A stretch of DNA of 63,272 nucleotides, the filler included, from Basidiobolus ranarum (Eukaryota): the NCBI GenBank assembly GCA_040143965.1. It is 5 parts of 5 records of this genome, joined end to end, with 100 filler letters (N's around TTAATTAATTAA, not from the genome) between each part and the next. Parts side by side here need not be neighbours in the genome. Positions count along the whole stretch, not along the records: positions 50,740 to 63,272 come from JASJQH010000535.1; 4 more parts are not named here. One strand, given 5' to 3'. Below the pieces are notes generated by a model, which worked only from the letters and a program-made list of their open reading frames with translations, did no database searches and was not told the origin of the DNA. The position numbers and the translations under genes were made by a program. Positions 50,945 to 63,272 of this stretch are shown piece by piece. Each line of letters begins with the position of its first letter. Positions within the stretch are counted from its first letter, which is position 1.

Positions 50945-51663
50945 GGTTAGTGGAGGATTAGTTTGATATAGCCACAGTGCTGCCACCCTCCCATTTTAGA
51001 AACCTTTCAGTAGACCTCATATTTACCTCATGCAATGGTAACATATTGAATTTCATTCATGTTTTCAAACAATCAATTTTAAGTTTAGTTTGGTTTATTT
51101 CTTTCTATTTGTTTTCATCGGTGCACGTTCATACCTAGCCAAGGCTTACTCGCCCATGGTTTCTAGCATGTCTGTGTAGCCTCGTCGGACTTTCATGACT
51201 GAGCCATTATGTTTATCCAGGTACTTATTCCTTTTCATTTGATACAATTTGTAGACTCCACTATAATCTGTACCTGTACGTATATCGAAACCTTGCCTGT
51301 AGCCCAAAGTCAATCAGTTAATTCCTGAATCTCCTTTGTCTGTTTACATCGTTCTTCTATTTTGGTCTATTCCATGTTGCTTGTATTTGAAGATTGCGAT
51401 ACATCAGGTAAAGGAATTCTAGCTTTGGGTGTATCCTTGGTAGACCTTTGATATCTGCACTTAAATAAATAAACGAAAATCATCCAAATATGCAAACTAG
51501 TTACCGAATATCAATCTAGGCTAATTTTATATAATCAGGAAACTAAATCATGCAAATGCTGATTTTCGTTGTAGATTCTTATTGAAACTGGTAATCATTC
51601 TTGATTGCACGTAATTTTTAGGTGAAGTACTTTGTTGAAGTGTGAAGAAGAACGTGATTTTCA

Positions 51664-53446
51664 ATGAATATACGTCGGTACACGGGCGCAATCTCTCAAG
51701 CGATTGCTTTAGACAATGGCCCACAGCTAGTTAAACTGTTAAGTATTGATGATACTACATCCATAGCAATATCTACTACTTCCAATCAGGTGAGCATTCC
51801 CAACCTTTTGACTTGAGGCAAAGTTTACTTATACTAATCCGTGATTTCTGTAAAGCATCAAATCGAGAGACAATGTCAACATGAAGTTCCACCTGCCTGG
51901 GAGGGTGTTGTAACGAATCACCTTCAGGCGGCTCGTTTTCTTCAAGAAAAAAATTACACAGACGCGTATGCATCGCAACTTGCATGTTGTCAGTATCCTT
52001 AGTCAAATATGAATGAGTAGATATTGTGAAAAATTACCCTTAGGCTGGATACTTTCCTACTTTCCAAGTTAAATCTTTAACTCAAATTACTGTATTATCT
52101 AAGAGCTTTTCTCAGAATTTTCACAACACAAACAAATTGGTGTTTACCAGTACTTTATGTTGTTAACAAAAACCTTCGAGATGTTGCTATTATGGTAAGC
52201 GAATGCCTATATAAGCAAGTATTTAAAGATTTATTAACCTTCTCCCTTGAACGGTTTAAATTACCTCCGTTAGGCTGATAAACAACTTTTACTTCGACAC
52301 CAAAAAGCTGGCAAGTTGGAAGACGCCGCGAGACTTATCAACAAATCTTTTACTGCTTGTATAACAGATAGGTAAGTACAGATTTTTATTAGAGCTGCTT
52401 TAACACCCAGTCTTCTAATCTATTATATCGACTCAGAAACTCGGGTATTCAAAGTTCTCGCAAATGGGGTACATACCGTATCATCAATCTACTGTTTAGC
52501 ACTTACTTCAATGTATGCGTATTACTTTACATCTACTCATTCTCATCTGTATTGACTAACTCCGGTGCAATTTTACTTAGCTGAAATCCCATGGACTATG
52601 TGAAAATATTCTAAGAGCAGTCAAAGCATCGGACCTCCCTTCACTCGAGCGATATCCCAAGTCTCATCAGGTTGGATATAGATATTATTTGGGGAGATTG
52701 GCATTTATGAAAGAAGACTACAAAAAGGTAATTGATTTGATATGTACGAAGCACTTTCCTTCTCATGCTTACATTGCTTACCATCTAGGCTGAGGAAGAA
52801 TTCATGTTTGCGTTTAAACGTTGCCCACGCTATAGTCGTAAAAACAAAGGGTAACCTTGTGAATTTTGGAACTACTAGCAACCTGACCACATATTGACCT
52901 TTCTATTGATTATTCTAGAATCATATTGACTTATCTTGTCCCATCATTACTCGCACGTGGAGTATTGCCAGCACCCAAATTATTCCTTATGTTTTCGAAC
53001 ATCAAAAGCCTGTACGAACCCTTTGTTCGAGCCATTAAAGTTGGGAATTTAAAGCACTTTGATGAGGCTTTATCGAGGCTAGAAAAGCCCCTTGTTCAGA
53101 AAGGTGTTTATTCTACGATTGAACGTACACGTGGAATTGTGATTCGCACATTATTCAAGAAAGTGTAAGTTTGTTTAATTAGAATCAAATTCGCATTGCC
53201 ATTCTCAACGAAAATTCATTGATTAGATATCTGTTGACGAACAGAAACTCTCGTCTTCCATTCAATGTGCTGCAAACAGCATTAGTTTTTGTTGGAATTG
53301 AGCTAGAGCTAGCTGAAGTGGAGTGCTTGCTAGCCAATATGATCTTTAAAGGCTATATCAAAGGCTACATGTCTCATGATAAAGGCTTCTTAGTTTTAAG
53401 TAAAGATGACGCTTTTCCGAAATTTTCCACAATTTCGTTAGCATAG
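51664..53446 (+). CDS. PCID2: PCI-domain protein PCID2/Csn12/Thp1 (multi-exon)
   Basis: NWCLPVLY, LEDAARLINKSF, SRKWG, YPKSHQVGYRYYLG and a C-terminal EVECLLANMIFKGYIKGYMSH..VLSK..AFP. Confidence 0.88.
51993..52103 (+). other. U12-type (minor) GT-AG intron in PCID2
   Basis: 5' site GTATCCTTA; branch-like TCTTTAAC at 52074-52081; removal restores CCQAFLRIF. Confidence 0.75.
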
Positions 53447-54002
53447 TCCCCACTCTTTTCAATAAAATATCTCTTCCGTCACGTCTCTATCTTTATTATC
53501 TTGTAATGTTTTTTTATTTCATTACCAGATCCTCCATCTTGTGTTTCTATAGCTGGCATTTCCCTGCACGATTTACGCAGCGACTTATACTTGGCAATTG
53601 AACATGTTGTGATAGAGTTCCTCAAACAATATACAACATACCAATGTATCACCTGATCAGGCAAATGATTGGATAATGACCTAGTCTGCATATCGATGAG
53701 TTGTCATTAGCATAAATTTGACAAATTTGGAAGACAGGATCCTCAACTAAAAAGATCGAAATTTTTCAAGGTGAATTTATCTCTTTTGTAACTGAGATAT
53801 TCCTAGGGTAGCACAGGTATTAAAGGGAGGGGTAGATATGGAGAGAGCATGAGCCAATACTAAATGCCCATTTAGACCTGTCATACTTGATATTTTGGTG
53901 CGCATTTATTATCTTTGGCTAGTCCTAATTTATTTTTCCTTGACTAGTATACTCGATAGTTTCTTCCTTTCAACACTTTTACTTGTTACTAGTATCTATA
54001 TC

Positions 54003-55630
54003 ATGGGTCAAACTCTTTCTGAACCTATAGTCGAGAAGCACACAACTTTTGGTGGGAATGATCGTTTGATTTACGGTGCATCAGCCATGCAAGGATGGAG
54101 AGTCAGTATCCTTTTTGTGAGGCTATAGATAGATAGCTTATATGCGATGCTTGATCAAAGGTTTAGCAAAACCAATGGCAGCAACGCCCGAGATCTAGAT
54201 TGTGTTTTTGATTCCAAAGAGCCCTTTTAAATATTATTAGTTATCACTTAACCTTAACTCCTTAACTTTAATTTTAAAGCTATGGAGGATGCACATACCA
54301 CTATCTTGACACTGAAGAATCTACAAGATACCAGCTTCTTCGGAGTGTACGATGGCCACGGTGGTACTTAATTTACTACTGATATGGATAAATAGCTATA
54401 CATATTTAAAATCCTTCTTTTATTTTGGTGTTTTGCATTAGGTCGAGGTGCTGCTAAATATTGCGGGGAGCAACTTCATGAGCGCATTGTTAAAGATGAA
54501 GCGTTTACACAAGGAAATTACGCTCTTGCTATAAAACATGGCTATCTAGGCGCCGATGCTGATCTCAGAGGAGGTTAGAATGAGTAATTTAGCTGGCTTG
54601 TATAAACGTCATATTCATCTTTATTTTTATGGCCGTGTCAGATCCTGACTTTATTCACGATTCTTCGGGTTGCACCGCAGTTTCTGCTCTTATCACCCCG
54701 GATAAACGTATATTTGTAGTAAGTAATGATATCGATTGATTATTCATGCTTAAAGATCAACTGACCAGACTGGATTCTCAGGGAAATGCCGGTGACTCTA
54801 GAGCCGTCATGTCCATTGGTGGCAAAACCAAAGCCTTATCCGACGATCATAAGCCAGTGAACCAAGGTTTTTGTCTAGTATTACGTATCATGGTAATCTA
54901 ACCTTTCGGGACTAATACTTCTTGTACTTAGGTGAATCTGATCGTATTGTCGCAGCTGGTGGATTTGTTGAATTTGGCCGTGTTAATGGTACGTACGAAT
55001 AGCGCGAAATATGCAAGCTATTTGATCACTAATTAGACCCGTTCTTTCTTTAGGTAATTTGGCACTTTCTCGAGCCATCGGTGATTTTGAGTTTAAACAA
55101 AATATGAAACTGAACCCTGAGGATCAAGTAGTCACTGGTAGATCTTAACTCCATTACACCGTGTATAACTTAGGCTCCACACTAACACTCTTACATAGCC
55201 AATCCTGATGTTGAAACCCATAGCATCACTTCAGATGACGAGTTTATTGTTCTAGCTTGTGATGGTAACAGTGTGTTTGTCTGCTTCCATAACTGATACA
55301 ATCAAAACTGAATGTTGTTATCGCTTAGGCATCTGGGATTGCATGACCTCGGAAGAAGTTGTCCAGTATGTTAGAGAGAAGATTGCCGATAACCAAACTC
55401 TACCTCAAATTTGTGAGAATATGATGGACCACTGTCTAGCTTCCGACAGTGAACTTGGTGGTGTCGGATGCGATAACATGACCGTAATGATTGTTGGTAT
55501 TCTTCATGACAATACTGAAGAGCAATGGTATCAAAGCATCCGGGAACGAGTTCAAAAAGAAAAGGGAGATACCGCAGTGAACCCCGACGAAATGAAAGAT
55601 ACCAATGTTGAAGCTGCAGCCGAATCTTAG
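54003..55630 (+). CDS. Protein phosphatase 2C Ptc2/Ptc3-like (multi-exon)
   Basis: [56 protein letters not shown] and GCDNMT. Confidence 0.93.
54106..54279 (+). other. U12-type (minor) GT-AG intron in the PP2C gene
   Basis: 5' site GTATCCTTT; branch point TCCTTAAC at 54259-54266, 13 nt before the 3' end; removal restores GWRVTMEDAH. Confidence 0.9.
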
Positions 55631-56450
55631 AGATTTACATAGACAGCATTAGACTTTAAACCTTTTTTGACTTCTTACCATCTGTTCTTATATATTTTAA
55701 GCGTTGTTTGACGATATATTCGACTGGTATCTTTTATTTCATTCACCCACTCATCCATTCCTCTCCCCAATCGCCACCAAATCCATTCCATGTGTACTCG
55801 GCTATCCTATGTTAAACTCTGGTCATCTTCTGACGGACCTACTTAGCTACTTATATTTCAAGTTGTTCCATTGACTCGATCCTTGTGTTTATTAAAGACC
55901 CAATTGTGTCTGCAACCACCCTCATTTCACTGCACTCTACCGTCATGGTGAGGCAGTATGTGAGATTTGACAGAACCAATCCATTGCATCCGATCAACAA
56001 CGAGCAATGATTGGATGCTGAGAAAAATCAGCAGACTCACCTCATCTATCATCCTAAAATCTACGATTCTTTCAAGCTTCTGGAACTCAATAAACCCACC
56101 TATATGTTATAATTTCTTTATTTGGTCGAGAAGTAGAAATATTAATAGAATATCTCTTTATCATTCCATTTATATTGTTTGAAGCATTTCTTGGAATTTC
56201 CAAATGACCTGAGTAGCAGTTGACTTACCGTGTTTTGGAATTCGTTTTATCATTCTATTTTTCTGCTATGTCCGATTTGATTTTGGCCTTTCAAGAACTA
56301 AAGCTAACAGTTGACTAGTCAATGTGCCTTCCATACTTGTGATTCATTCTCCCTACGCTTCATTTTCTTGCTTTTAATTCAACTTTTCGCGTCTTGTTAT
56401 TTCGCTAGATACTCTATTTCCTATCTACTCGGAGACTATTGCTGAACAAT

Positions 56451-57264
56451 ATGTTGTTGTACCAGACGATAAGCCAACGATTCTCCGTAGTTTTTTTCCT
56501 CGGATTGATAGCATTCTTCATACCTTGTATAACCACTGAGACTGTCACCGAAGGTATACAACCGTTTTTATTCTAGGAAGAACCTTATGAATATTATATA
56601 AAACCTACTCTCACACTATATTTCTGTTAGAAAATATTGATACACCTTGTACCGATCTATATTGTTCACCTACTTTTAATGAAACCTGGACTGTCGGAAG
56701 CTCGCAGAAATTTATTTGGAACCCTAACTATGGTACTTTGGTATGGAAATCTACTGTCGATATATATCTCTACGATATGGGCGACACTCGTCAGCCGTTC
56801 AAAACATGGCTTGGCTACGATAACCAAGGCACCTTACCAATTGACGTCACTTCGGAATATTTCGCAGACATTCCAAGTGGAATAAGTGGCGCAAATCTTA
56901 TAAAATGGTATCGGTTTACTGTCGTTACCAGCGGTCAATATCCTAACATTTCACTTGCAGGGCCAATTTTCAAAATCCATGGTAAGAAGATGATATAAGT
57001 GATATTAGCTAGAATCCTTTTCATATTTACATTCTCGACCTTACCTATTGCTTAGATACCATTACAGACACTGCCACAATTGCTCTTACCACTACAATAA
57101 CGGAAACCGTCACGCTAGTACCATCGGGCACTGTTTTGGTTCCTCTACCATCAAGCCTTGACTTTAGTTCAGATGGAGTATCCAGCAATGCAATCAGCGT
57201 AATTACCGGGAGTATCCTAGGGGCTTTAGTTGCTGGGATATATCCTTTTGTTAGTATACTATAA
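56451..57264 (+). CDS. Secreted/cell-surface Ser/Thr-rich protein, probably GPI- or TM-anchored (3 exons)
   Basis: N-terminal hydrophobic segment; beta-rich exon CSPTFNETWTVG..WNPNY..GPIFKIH; Thr-rich linker; hydrophobic C-terminus. Confidence 0.6.
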
Positions 57265-58654
57265 TAATTAATAAAGTACTCCAAATAATCCTCTTCAACT
57301 TTTGTTGGGTTCCTTTCTGGTTAGACGCACTTATAAAATCACTAACGACATATCCAATAATCAGCAATCATAATGGTAGCCCATTGAAAACCTAGAATCA
57401 TGCCACTGCGAATATTGAGGAAGAATCTGGGCATAATTCTTGTCACTAGCCACCTAGATCGGGGTTTAATAAAATACTTTGTTTACCAAGAATATTATGG
57501 GGATTTTATATACTTCCTCCTAAATTCATTCTTTTGACTACTGTAATACTTGATGCAGTACACAAAGAAGATTCAAGCTGTGTTTCTTCATCCCCATTAC
57601 TGTCATAAATTGATACAAATGCATAGAGTTAGCCTCTAAATCGAGCATAAAACCCAACATATATTCTGGGTATGTGGCTTCTTTCGTGAATGATATGAAT
57701 GATAGTATTGGTATCAGTATCAGTATCAGTATCAGTGGTTGTATCCTTTTGAATAAAGTATTGGATTCATAGGTCAACCAAATAGAAAAATAGCAAGCTC
57801 ACCTCCTAACCTCACCTCACTCCACCCACTGCTCTTCATTTTCATCTCACTCTACCCTTACCCTTGTCTTTTCACCCTACAAAAAAGCTAATTTCGATTT
57901 GAGATACTATTTGCAATCTGAATTATCTGAATTAGATCTAGTGAGCACAACCTTAAACTTAATTAGCCTTTCTTTTGTGTAGCAATTTGTGATGAGCCGG
58001 TCAGAGCCTGTTCACGGATTATCTAGATGCTGGTACCAAAATGCCTTTTCTTTCTAGGGCAACCCCAAGCATTCTACTGGAGGCAGATGAGCGACTCAAC
58101 GTAACCATCTTTAACCTGTCTATTGCCACCTTTGACAGTGAGAAGTTTCTTAGATTTCTATTGGTTCCACTCAGCACTGAAAAGGGAACAATTTCTCAAG
58201 CTCTTCTGGGCCATCCTCTGTGCTGCCACATTCGTTTAAATTCACAGCGTCCATTTCCACTCTGTCGACCTATTTCTGATTTCATATTTAGAAAGGAGAA
58301 GCTTCTATTTAGAACCAGGTACATGGAAATTTAACTTTCCCATATAATTTACCTCATTTTTTTGGAATTCAATTAGAATCTTCTACTGTGATGGGTATAG
58401 TCTCCATATATTTAAATCTATTCAGTAATTTAACCTCTTTCGCATCCACCAATCAGTAATCCTGGATTTGTCCTAGCATTGAACTCTAGACATGGGTCCC
58501 TGCCAAAAATGTATTCAATTTTAGTAAAGTAAATTAATTACGCTTTCCAGCCGTTGTAATTTCTCCTATTTGATCTGTATTCCAACAGTTTATCTTGTAA
58601 CCTCGCTCCTCTTCTAAACCTCACACAAACTCCTTTTCCTTTCTTTGCACAGAG

Positions 58655-60385
58655 ATGGATCCCAGAATTACTGAAAAAGAAGCTGCTTCTATCCACGCAG
58701 CTGCAGTTACCAGAAACTATAGCTTACAACCGCGTTTAGGTAAGCATACACTTTCTTCATCGTTTCGGTTCATTTCTAACCATAGCGTTTTTCTATACTT
58801 GCAGACTATAGAACCGTTGCTGGTGTCAATGGTCCTTTGGTCATCCTCGATAATGTTAAGGTATTTCCCTATTCTCTCTAAGATGACTCCATAGGTTGTA
58901 GCTTGTGCCTAACTTCTTTATTTGCGTCTGATATAGTTTCCCAAGTTCGCTGAAATCGTAGAACTTACTCTTCCCGATGGTACCAAGCGTTCTGGTCAAG
59001 TGTTGGAAGTTCAAGGAAAAAGAGCCGTTGTACAGGTAAGCAAATTTCTGGGATAATGATTGTTTATTCACATTAACTGACTTTGTCCCTATAATCTAAA
59101 GGTATTCGAAGGTACTGCTGGTGTCGATGCTCGTCGTACTCATGTTGAGTTTACCGGTGATACTCTTAAGATGCCTGTTTCCGAAGATATGTTGGGTCGT
59201 GTTTTCAACGGTTCCGGTAAAAGTATTGACAAAGGTCCCAAGGTCTTCGCCGAAGAGTTTTTGGATATTGAAGGTTCTCCTATCAATCCTTTCTCTCGTA
59301 TTTACCCCGAAGAAATGATTCAAACTGGTATCTCTGCTATTGATACTATGAACTCCATCGCTCGTGGCCAGAAGATTCCCATTTTCTCAGCTGCTGGTTT
59401 ACCCCATAATGAAGTTGCTGCTCAAATCTGTAGACAGGCTGGTCTGGTTAAGAAGCCTACCAAGGATGTTCATGATGGACATGAAGAGAACTTTGCTATT
59501 GTCTTTGCTGCTATGGGTGTCAACATGGAAACTGCTCGTTTCTTCAAGCAAGATTTCGAGGAGAATGGCTCCATTGAACGAGTCACACTTTTCCTCAATC
59601 TTGCTAATGATCCTACCATCGAACGTATCATTACCCCCAGATTGGCTTTGACCACTGCCGAATACTACGCCTATCAACTTGAGAAGCACGTGTTGGTTAT
59701 CTTGACTGATATGTCCTCTTATGCCGATGCCTTACGTGAAGTTTCTGCTGCTAGAGAAGAAGTTCCTGGTCGTCGTGGTTACCCAGGTTATATGTACACT
59801 GATTTGTCTACAATCTACGAACGTGCTGGTCGTGTTGAGGGCAGAAATGGTTCTATCACCCAGATTCCTATTTTGACTATGCCTAACGATGATATTACTC
59901 CCCCTATTCCTGATTTGACTGGTTACATTACTGAGGGACAAATTTACGTTGATCGTCAACTCCATAATCGTCAGATCTATCCTCCTATCAACGTTTTGCC
60001 TTCCTTATCCCGTCTTATGAAATCCGCTATCGGTGAAGGTATGACTCGTAAGGACCACGGTGATGTTTCTAACCAGTTGTACGCCAAGTATGCCATTGGT
60101 CGTGATGCCGCTGCCATGAAGGCTGTCGTCGGTGAGGAAGCTCTTAACCAGGAAGATAAGCTTTCTTTGGAATTCTTGGATAAGTTTGAGAAGACATTCA
60201 TTTCCCAAGGTCATTACGAATCGAGAACCATCTTCGAATCCCTTGATCATGCCTGGTCTCTCCTTCGTATCTTCCCCAAGGAGTTGCTTAACCGTATTCC
60301 TCAAAAGACTCTCTCCGAGTTCTACCAACGTGAACGTAAGCAAAAGACCAGCGGTAAGGACGTTCTTGACTCCCAAGATGCTTAA
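58655..60385 (+). CDS. VMA2: V-type ATPase subunit B
   Basis: Motifs [29 protein letters not shown] and [16 protein letters not shown]; three 5' introns. Confidence 0.97.
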
Positions 60386-61280
60386 GTTCGTTACGAACAT
60401 ATATTTGTTATCAATGATGGCATCCACATCCGCACCCACACGCACACATACATACTACAACCATACATTCCCCATCCAATTATTCCTCTTTATTTAATGG
60501 CAAATCGGTTAACTACAATGTCACCTACTTTACTTTTGTGAGGGGTTTTACTGTTTACAGGATCAGCTCTATCTTTGACTTTCTTCAACTAATCCACCTG
60601 CTCTACATTTTTCAAATAAATCATTGTTATACATGTAAGTTGGCCTTGTAGATCGGCGGAGAAGCATTACGATGGCACTTTCTCACGCCGGATAAATTCT
60701 ACGCTAGATATTTTGACATTCCTCAATCCAGGCCTTCTGTAGATGTAGGTGTGGGAATGATCGGAATTAGTGAGAATCACAATGATTTACCCTTTACTGC
60801 TTATTTCTCCATCATTGACTGAGCTTTATTACCTCCCATTTCATGTGGGTGGGTGGAATAATGGAATCAGACTGAAACAAAAGCCATTCATTGGTCATCG
60901 GCATTGACCCTTCGACTCGATCAACCGACAACAGGATCCCGGATGTTGGTAGGAGTCAGAGGCAATGAAACTGTCAAAGAATGATATAGTCACGAATCCC
61001 CTTGGCGTCGACCAATCACATGCCTCTAAGGTAGTAAAGTCATATAGATTCACTTAATTTAGCTACTTCAGTCATTTGTGTTGACAAACTCACTTCGGCA
61101 TCTGCTAGTTGTGTCACTTCCAACGGTGGACCAATTCATATGATTGTCTCAGATTTCCTCTCATAAAATCAAGCCAGAGCCCTATCAGTTCGTTAAGAAA
61201 CTGACAACATCTCTGGACATACCAAACACACGTAGAACATTTCCTCTCTATCCATCACCTGTTTGTGTTGACTTTAAAGG

Positions 61281-62522
61281 ATGATTCCTACTCCGTGCTT
61301 GAAATCGTTGCCCAAAGATGTTATCCTCAAATACGCCTCATCAAAAGCTACCCGGGTTTCTTTGAAACAGATGTTCACCTTGGGTAGTAGACTATTAGAG
61401 CGTACAGACCCCCTCGCTCTCCTAATTCCCACCCAGTTTCTTCATCAAGAGCTACCTATTCGACTTACCCAGAGTGTTAAGATGTTGAACTCCCACGAGC
61501 TTCCATACAACATGGGTGGTCTCCCTACATTTCGTCGGATCACTTATGACCAACTCGAAGACATCAGCATCTTATCCCAAATCGCCAAACCGAAAACCAC
61601 GAAACAAGTAGAGGAGTTTACAGATGTGATGAAATACATTCAAAAACGGCACACCAGTAGGATCCTAAGTGTTGGTCAAGGATTCAAAGAACTCATTCAA
61701 GAAAGAAATATCCATCCCCGTGAACTTCATGCGGAAAAATTCCAAAAATTCTTCGACTCATTTTACACACTAAATCTTGGAACTCGATTGTTGATAGGAG
61801 AACATCTGAATCTTCATGATAGAGGTAGAAATCTTGTTCGTAACATCTCCCCTATGACCATTGTTCAACGTGCTATCGATGATGCTAGAAGAGTGTGTGC
61901 GAATCATTTTGCTCGTGAATCACCGGAGGTACAGGTTCATTGTGGAGTGGAATCAGTGAATGCACTTTACATTGAAGAACATCTACATCGAATTCTATTT
62001 GAAATATTGAAAAATTCCCTTCGAGCCACAGTGGAGTCCCACCAGTCAGAGCAAACTTTACCTCCATTAAAGTTAATCATTGCTAATGGGGGTGAGGATG
62101 TTTCCTTTAAGCTTTCTGATCAAGGGGGTGGAATTCCCATGTCAGCCATGCCACGTCTTTGGAGCTATGTTTACTCTGAGCCTCAAGGGGATGATTCGGT
62201 TCAAATCAGTGGTGAAGTGAATGATTATGTTCATCGTCCGTTATCAGGATTTGGACATGGTTTACCGTTAGCGAGATTGACCGCTCGTTACTTTGGTGGG
62301 GATTTGAATGTAGTCTCTATGGAAGGCTACGGTACGGATACTTATCTTCATTTATACCGAGAGGACTCGTGTCTAGAGAACCTCCCAGAGATTGCTCATT
62401 TAAATCTCCAATTTGAAAGTTTTGTGAGGAATTTACCACCTAATTTGGAGTCACCATCCAATCCATTGACTCCACTCTTTACTCCATTGGAGAGATCCGA
62501 ACCCACCATGGCCACCGCTTAA
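61281..62522 (+). CDS. Mitochondrial PDK/BCKDK-type protein kinase (intronless)
   Basis: ELPIRL, FEILKNSLRAT, SDQGGGIP and GFGHGLPLARLTARYFGGDL..SMEGYGTD. Confidence 0.9.
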   Translation: MIPTPCLKSLPKDVILKYASSKATRVSLKQMFTLGSRLLERTDPLALLIPTQFLHQELPIRLTQSVKMLNSHELPYNMGGLPTFRRITYDQLEDISILSQIAKPKTTKQVEEFTDVMKYIQKRHTSRILSVGQGFKELIQERNIHPRELHAEKFQKFFDSFYTLNLGTRLLIGEHLNLHDRGRNLVRNISPMTIVQRAIDDARRVCANHFARESPEVQVHCGVESVNALYIEEHLHRILFEILKNSLRATVESHQSEQTLPPLKLIIANGGEDVSFKLSDQGGGIPMSAMPRLWSYVYSEPQGDDSVQISGEVNDYVHRPLSGFGHGLPLARLTARYFGGDLNVVSMEGYGTDTYLHLYREDSCLENLPEIAHLNLQFESFVRNLPPNLESPSNPLTPLFTPLERSEPTMATA

Positions 62523-63272
62523 TTCCCTTTAATGTTTCTTTTTGTAAATTTCCAACATGTATTTATCCACCCCCATAACAATAACCAACCCCTGTTTCGT
62601 ACATATAAATTCAACCAGAGTAGTGTATAGATTTGATAATTGGTAGATAGATGTTAGTAATCATGTATAACCCGTGATTTCCCGTGCAGACTTATCATGG
62701 GGAGAATTCCGATGATTTTGAACCTTTATTCTAACTACCCATTTTATCAATACACTTAATCATTCTTAAACAGCTTCAAGATGATTCAATTTTAACAGTA
62801 ATTTATCAAGTTACTCAATACCTAGTAATATAACACTTTCAAGTAATTATTTAATACTACTAGCATAAATTTTAAGAATTTTTACTGTCATCAAGTATTG
62901 GATTGAATCATCGTTGAAATAGAATGTGGATCCCTTGATTAGTAGTCGGGAACAACGACAATGAATTAATTCTGGTTGCATTGGCTCCAGAGTTCTATTT
63001 ATTTATATTATTCTTGTATTTCTTCTCTTTGACTCACATATTTCTATATGATCTCCAAACTCTACCATTATAACAGTTCCGCATTCCAGATATAGTGAAT
63101 GCAATCTGAATAAATCTTGTTCAAACTTCTAAGTAAATTCCTCATGAGAATAATGGGTGATATCTGTTAAAGTATTTGGGAGCCTGTTGGAAGTGGTTTG
63201 GAGAATTAGAGGAATTGGTGGTTTTCACTTATTGATTTATTGAGTAGAAAGTTGACATTTATAGTTTTGTCA

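Noticed and set aside
57240-57372. ATATCCTTTT resembling an AT-AC U12 donor near the end of the cell-surface gene
   Set aside because: No convincing TCCTTAAC branch site downstream, and the unspliced frame already gives a sensible hydrophobic C-terminus.
59096-60497. Multiple overlapping ORFs inside VMA2 (and similarly inside CWH43, COX5, KCH1)
   Set aside because: Shadow ORFs caused by biased codon usage of the real genes.

Overview
Intron-rich, AT-rich eukaryotic genomic DNA from a fungus, most likely an early-diverging (non-Dikarya) lineage such as Zoopagomycota or Mucoromycota. That placement is inferred from the U12-type introns, OGT and TRAPPC12 genes and short GT-AG introns; Basidiobolus is a plausible but unverified guess. 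The window is five unrelated ~12.5-kb contigs (1-12597, 12698-25287, 25388-37968, 38069-50639, 50740-63272) joined by artificial 100-nt N/TTAATTAATTAA spacers, so adjacency across gaps means nothing. Most genes are housekeeping (CWH43, RPN5, GAD, RIB1, PAM18, RLP24, RPT5, OGT, TRAPPC12, KCH1, DNAJC8, RCF2, COX5, p24, PCID2, PP2C, VMA2, PDK). The highlights are: (1) a tandem pair of small paralogous genes ending in IRYYG-CaaX that look like prenylated lipopeptide (a-factor-type) pheromone precursors, unexpected outside Dikarya; (2) an intronless 799-aa orphan with the residual motif layout of a divergent class I terpene synthase, next to an intact multi-exon cytochrome P450 in an accessory-type contig; (3) a modular collagen-like polyprotein with repeated propeptide-like spacers; (4) two U12-type minor introns in neighbouring genes.
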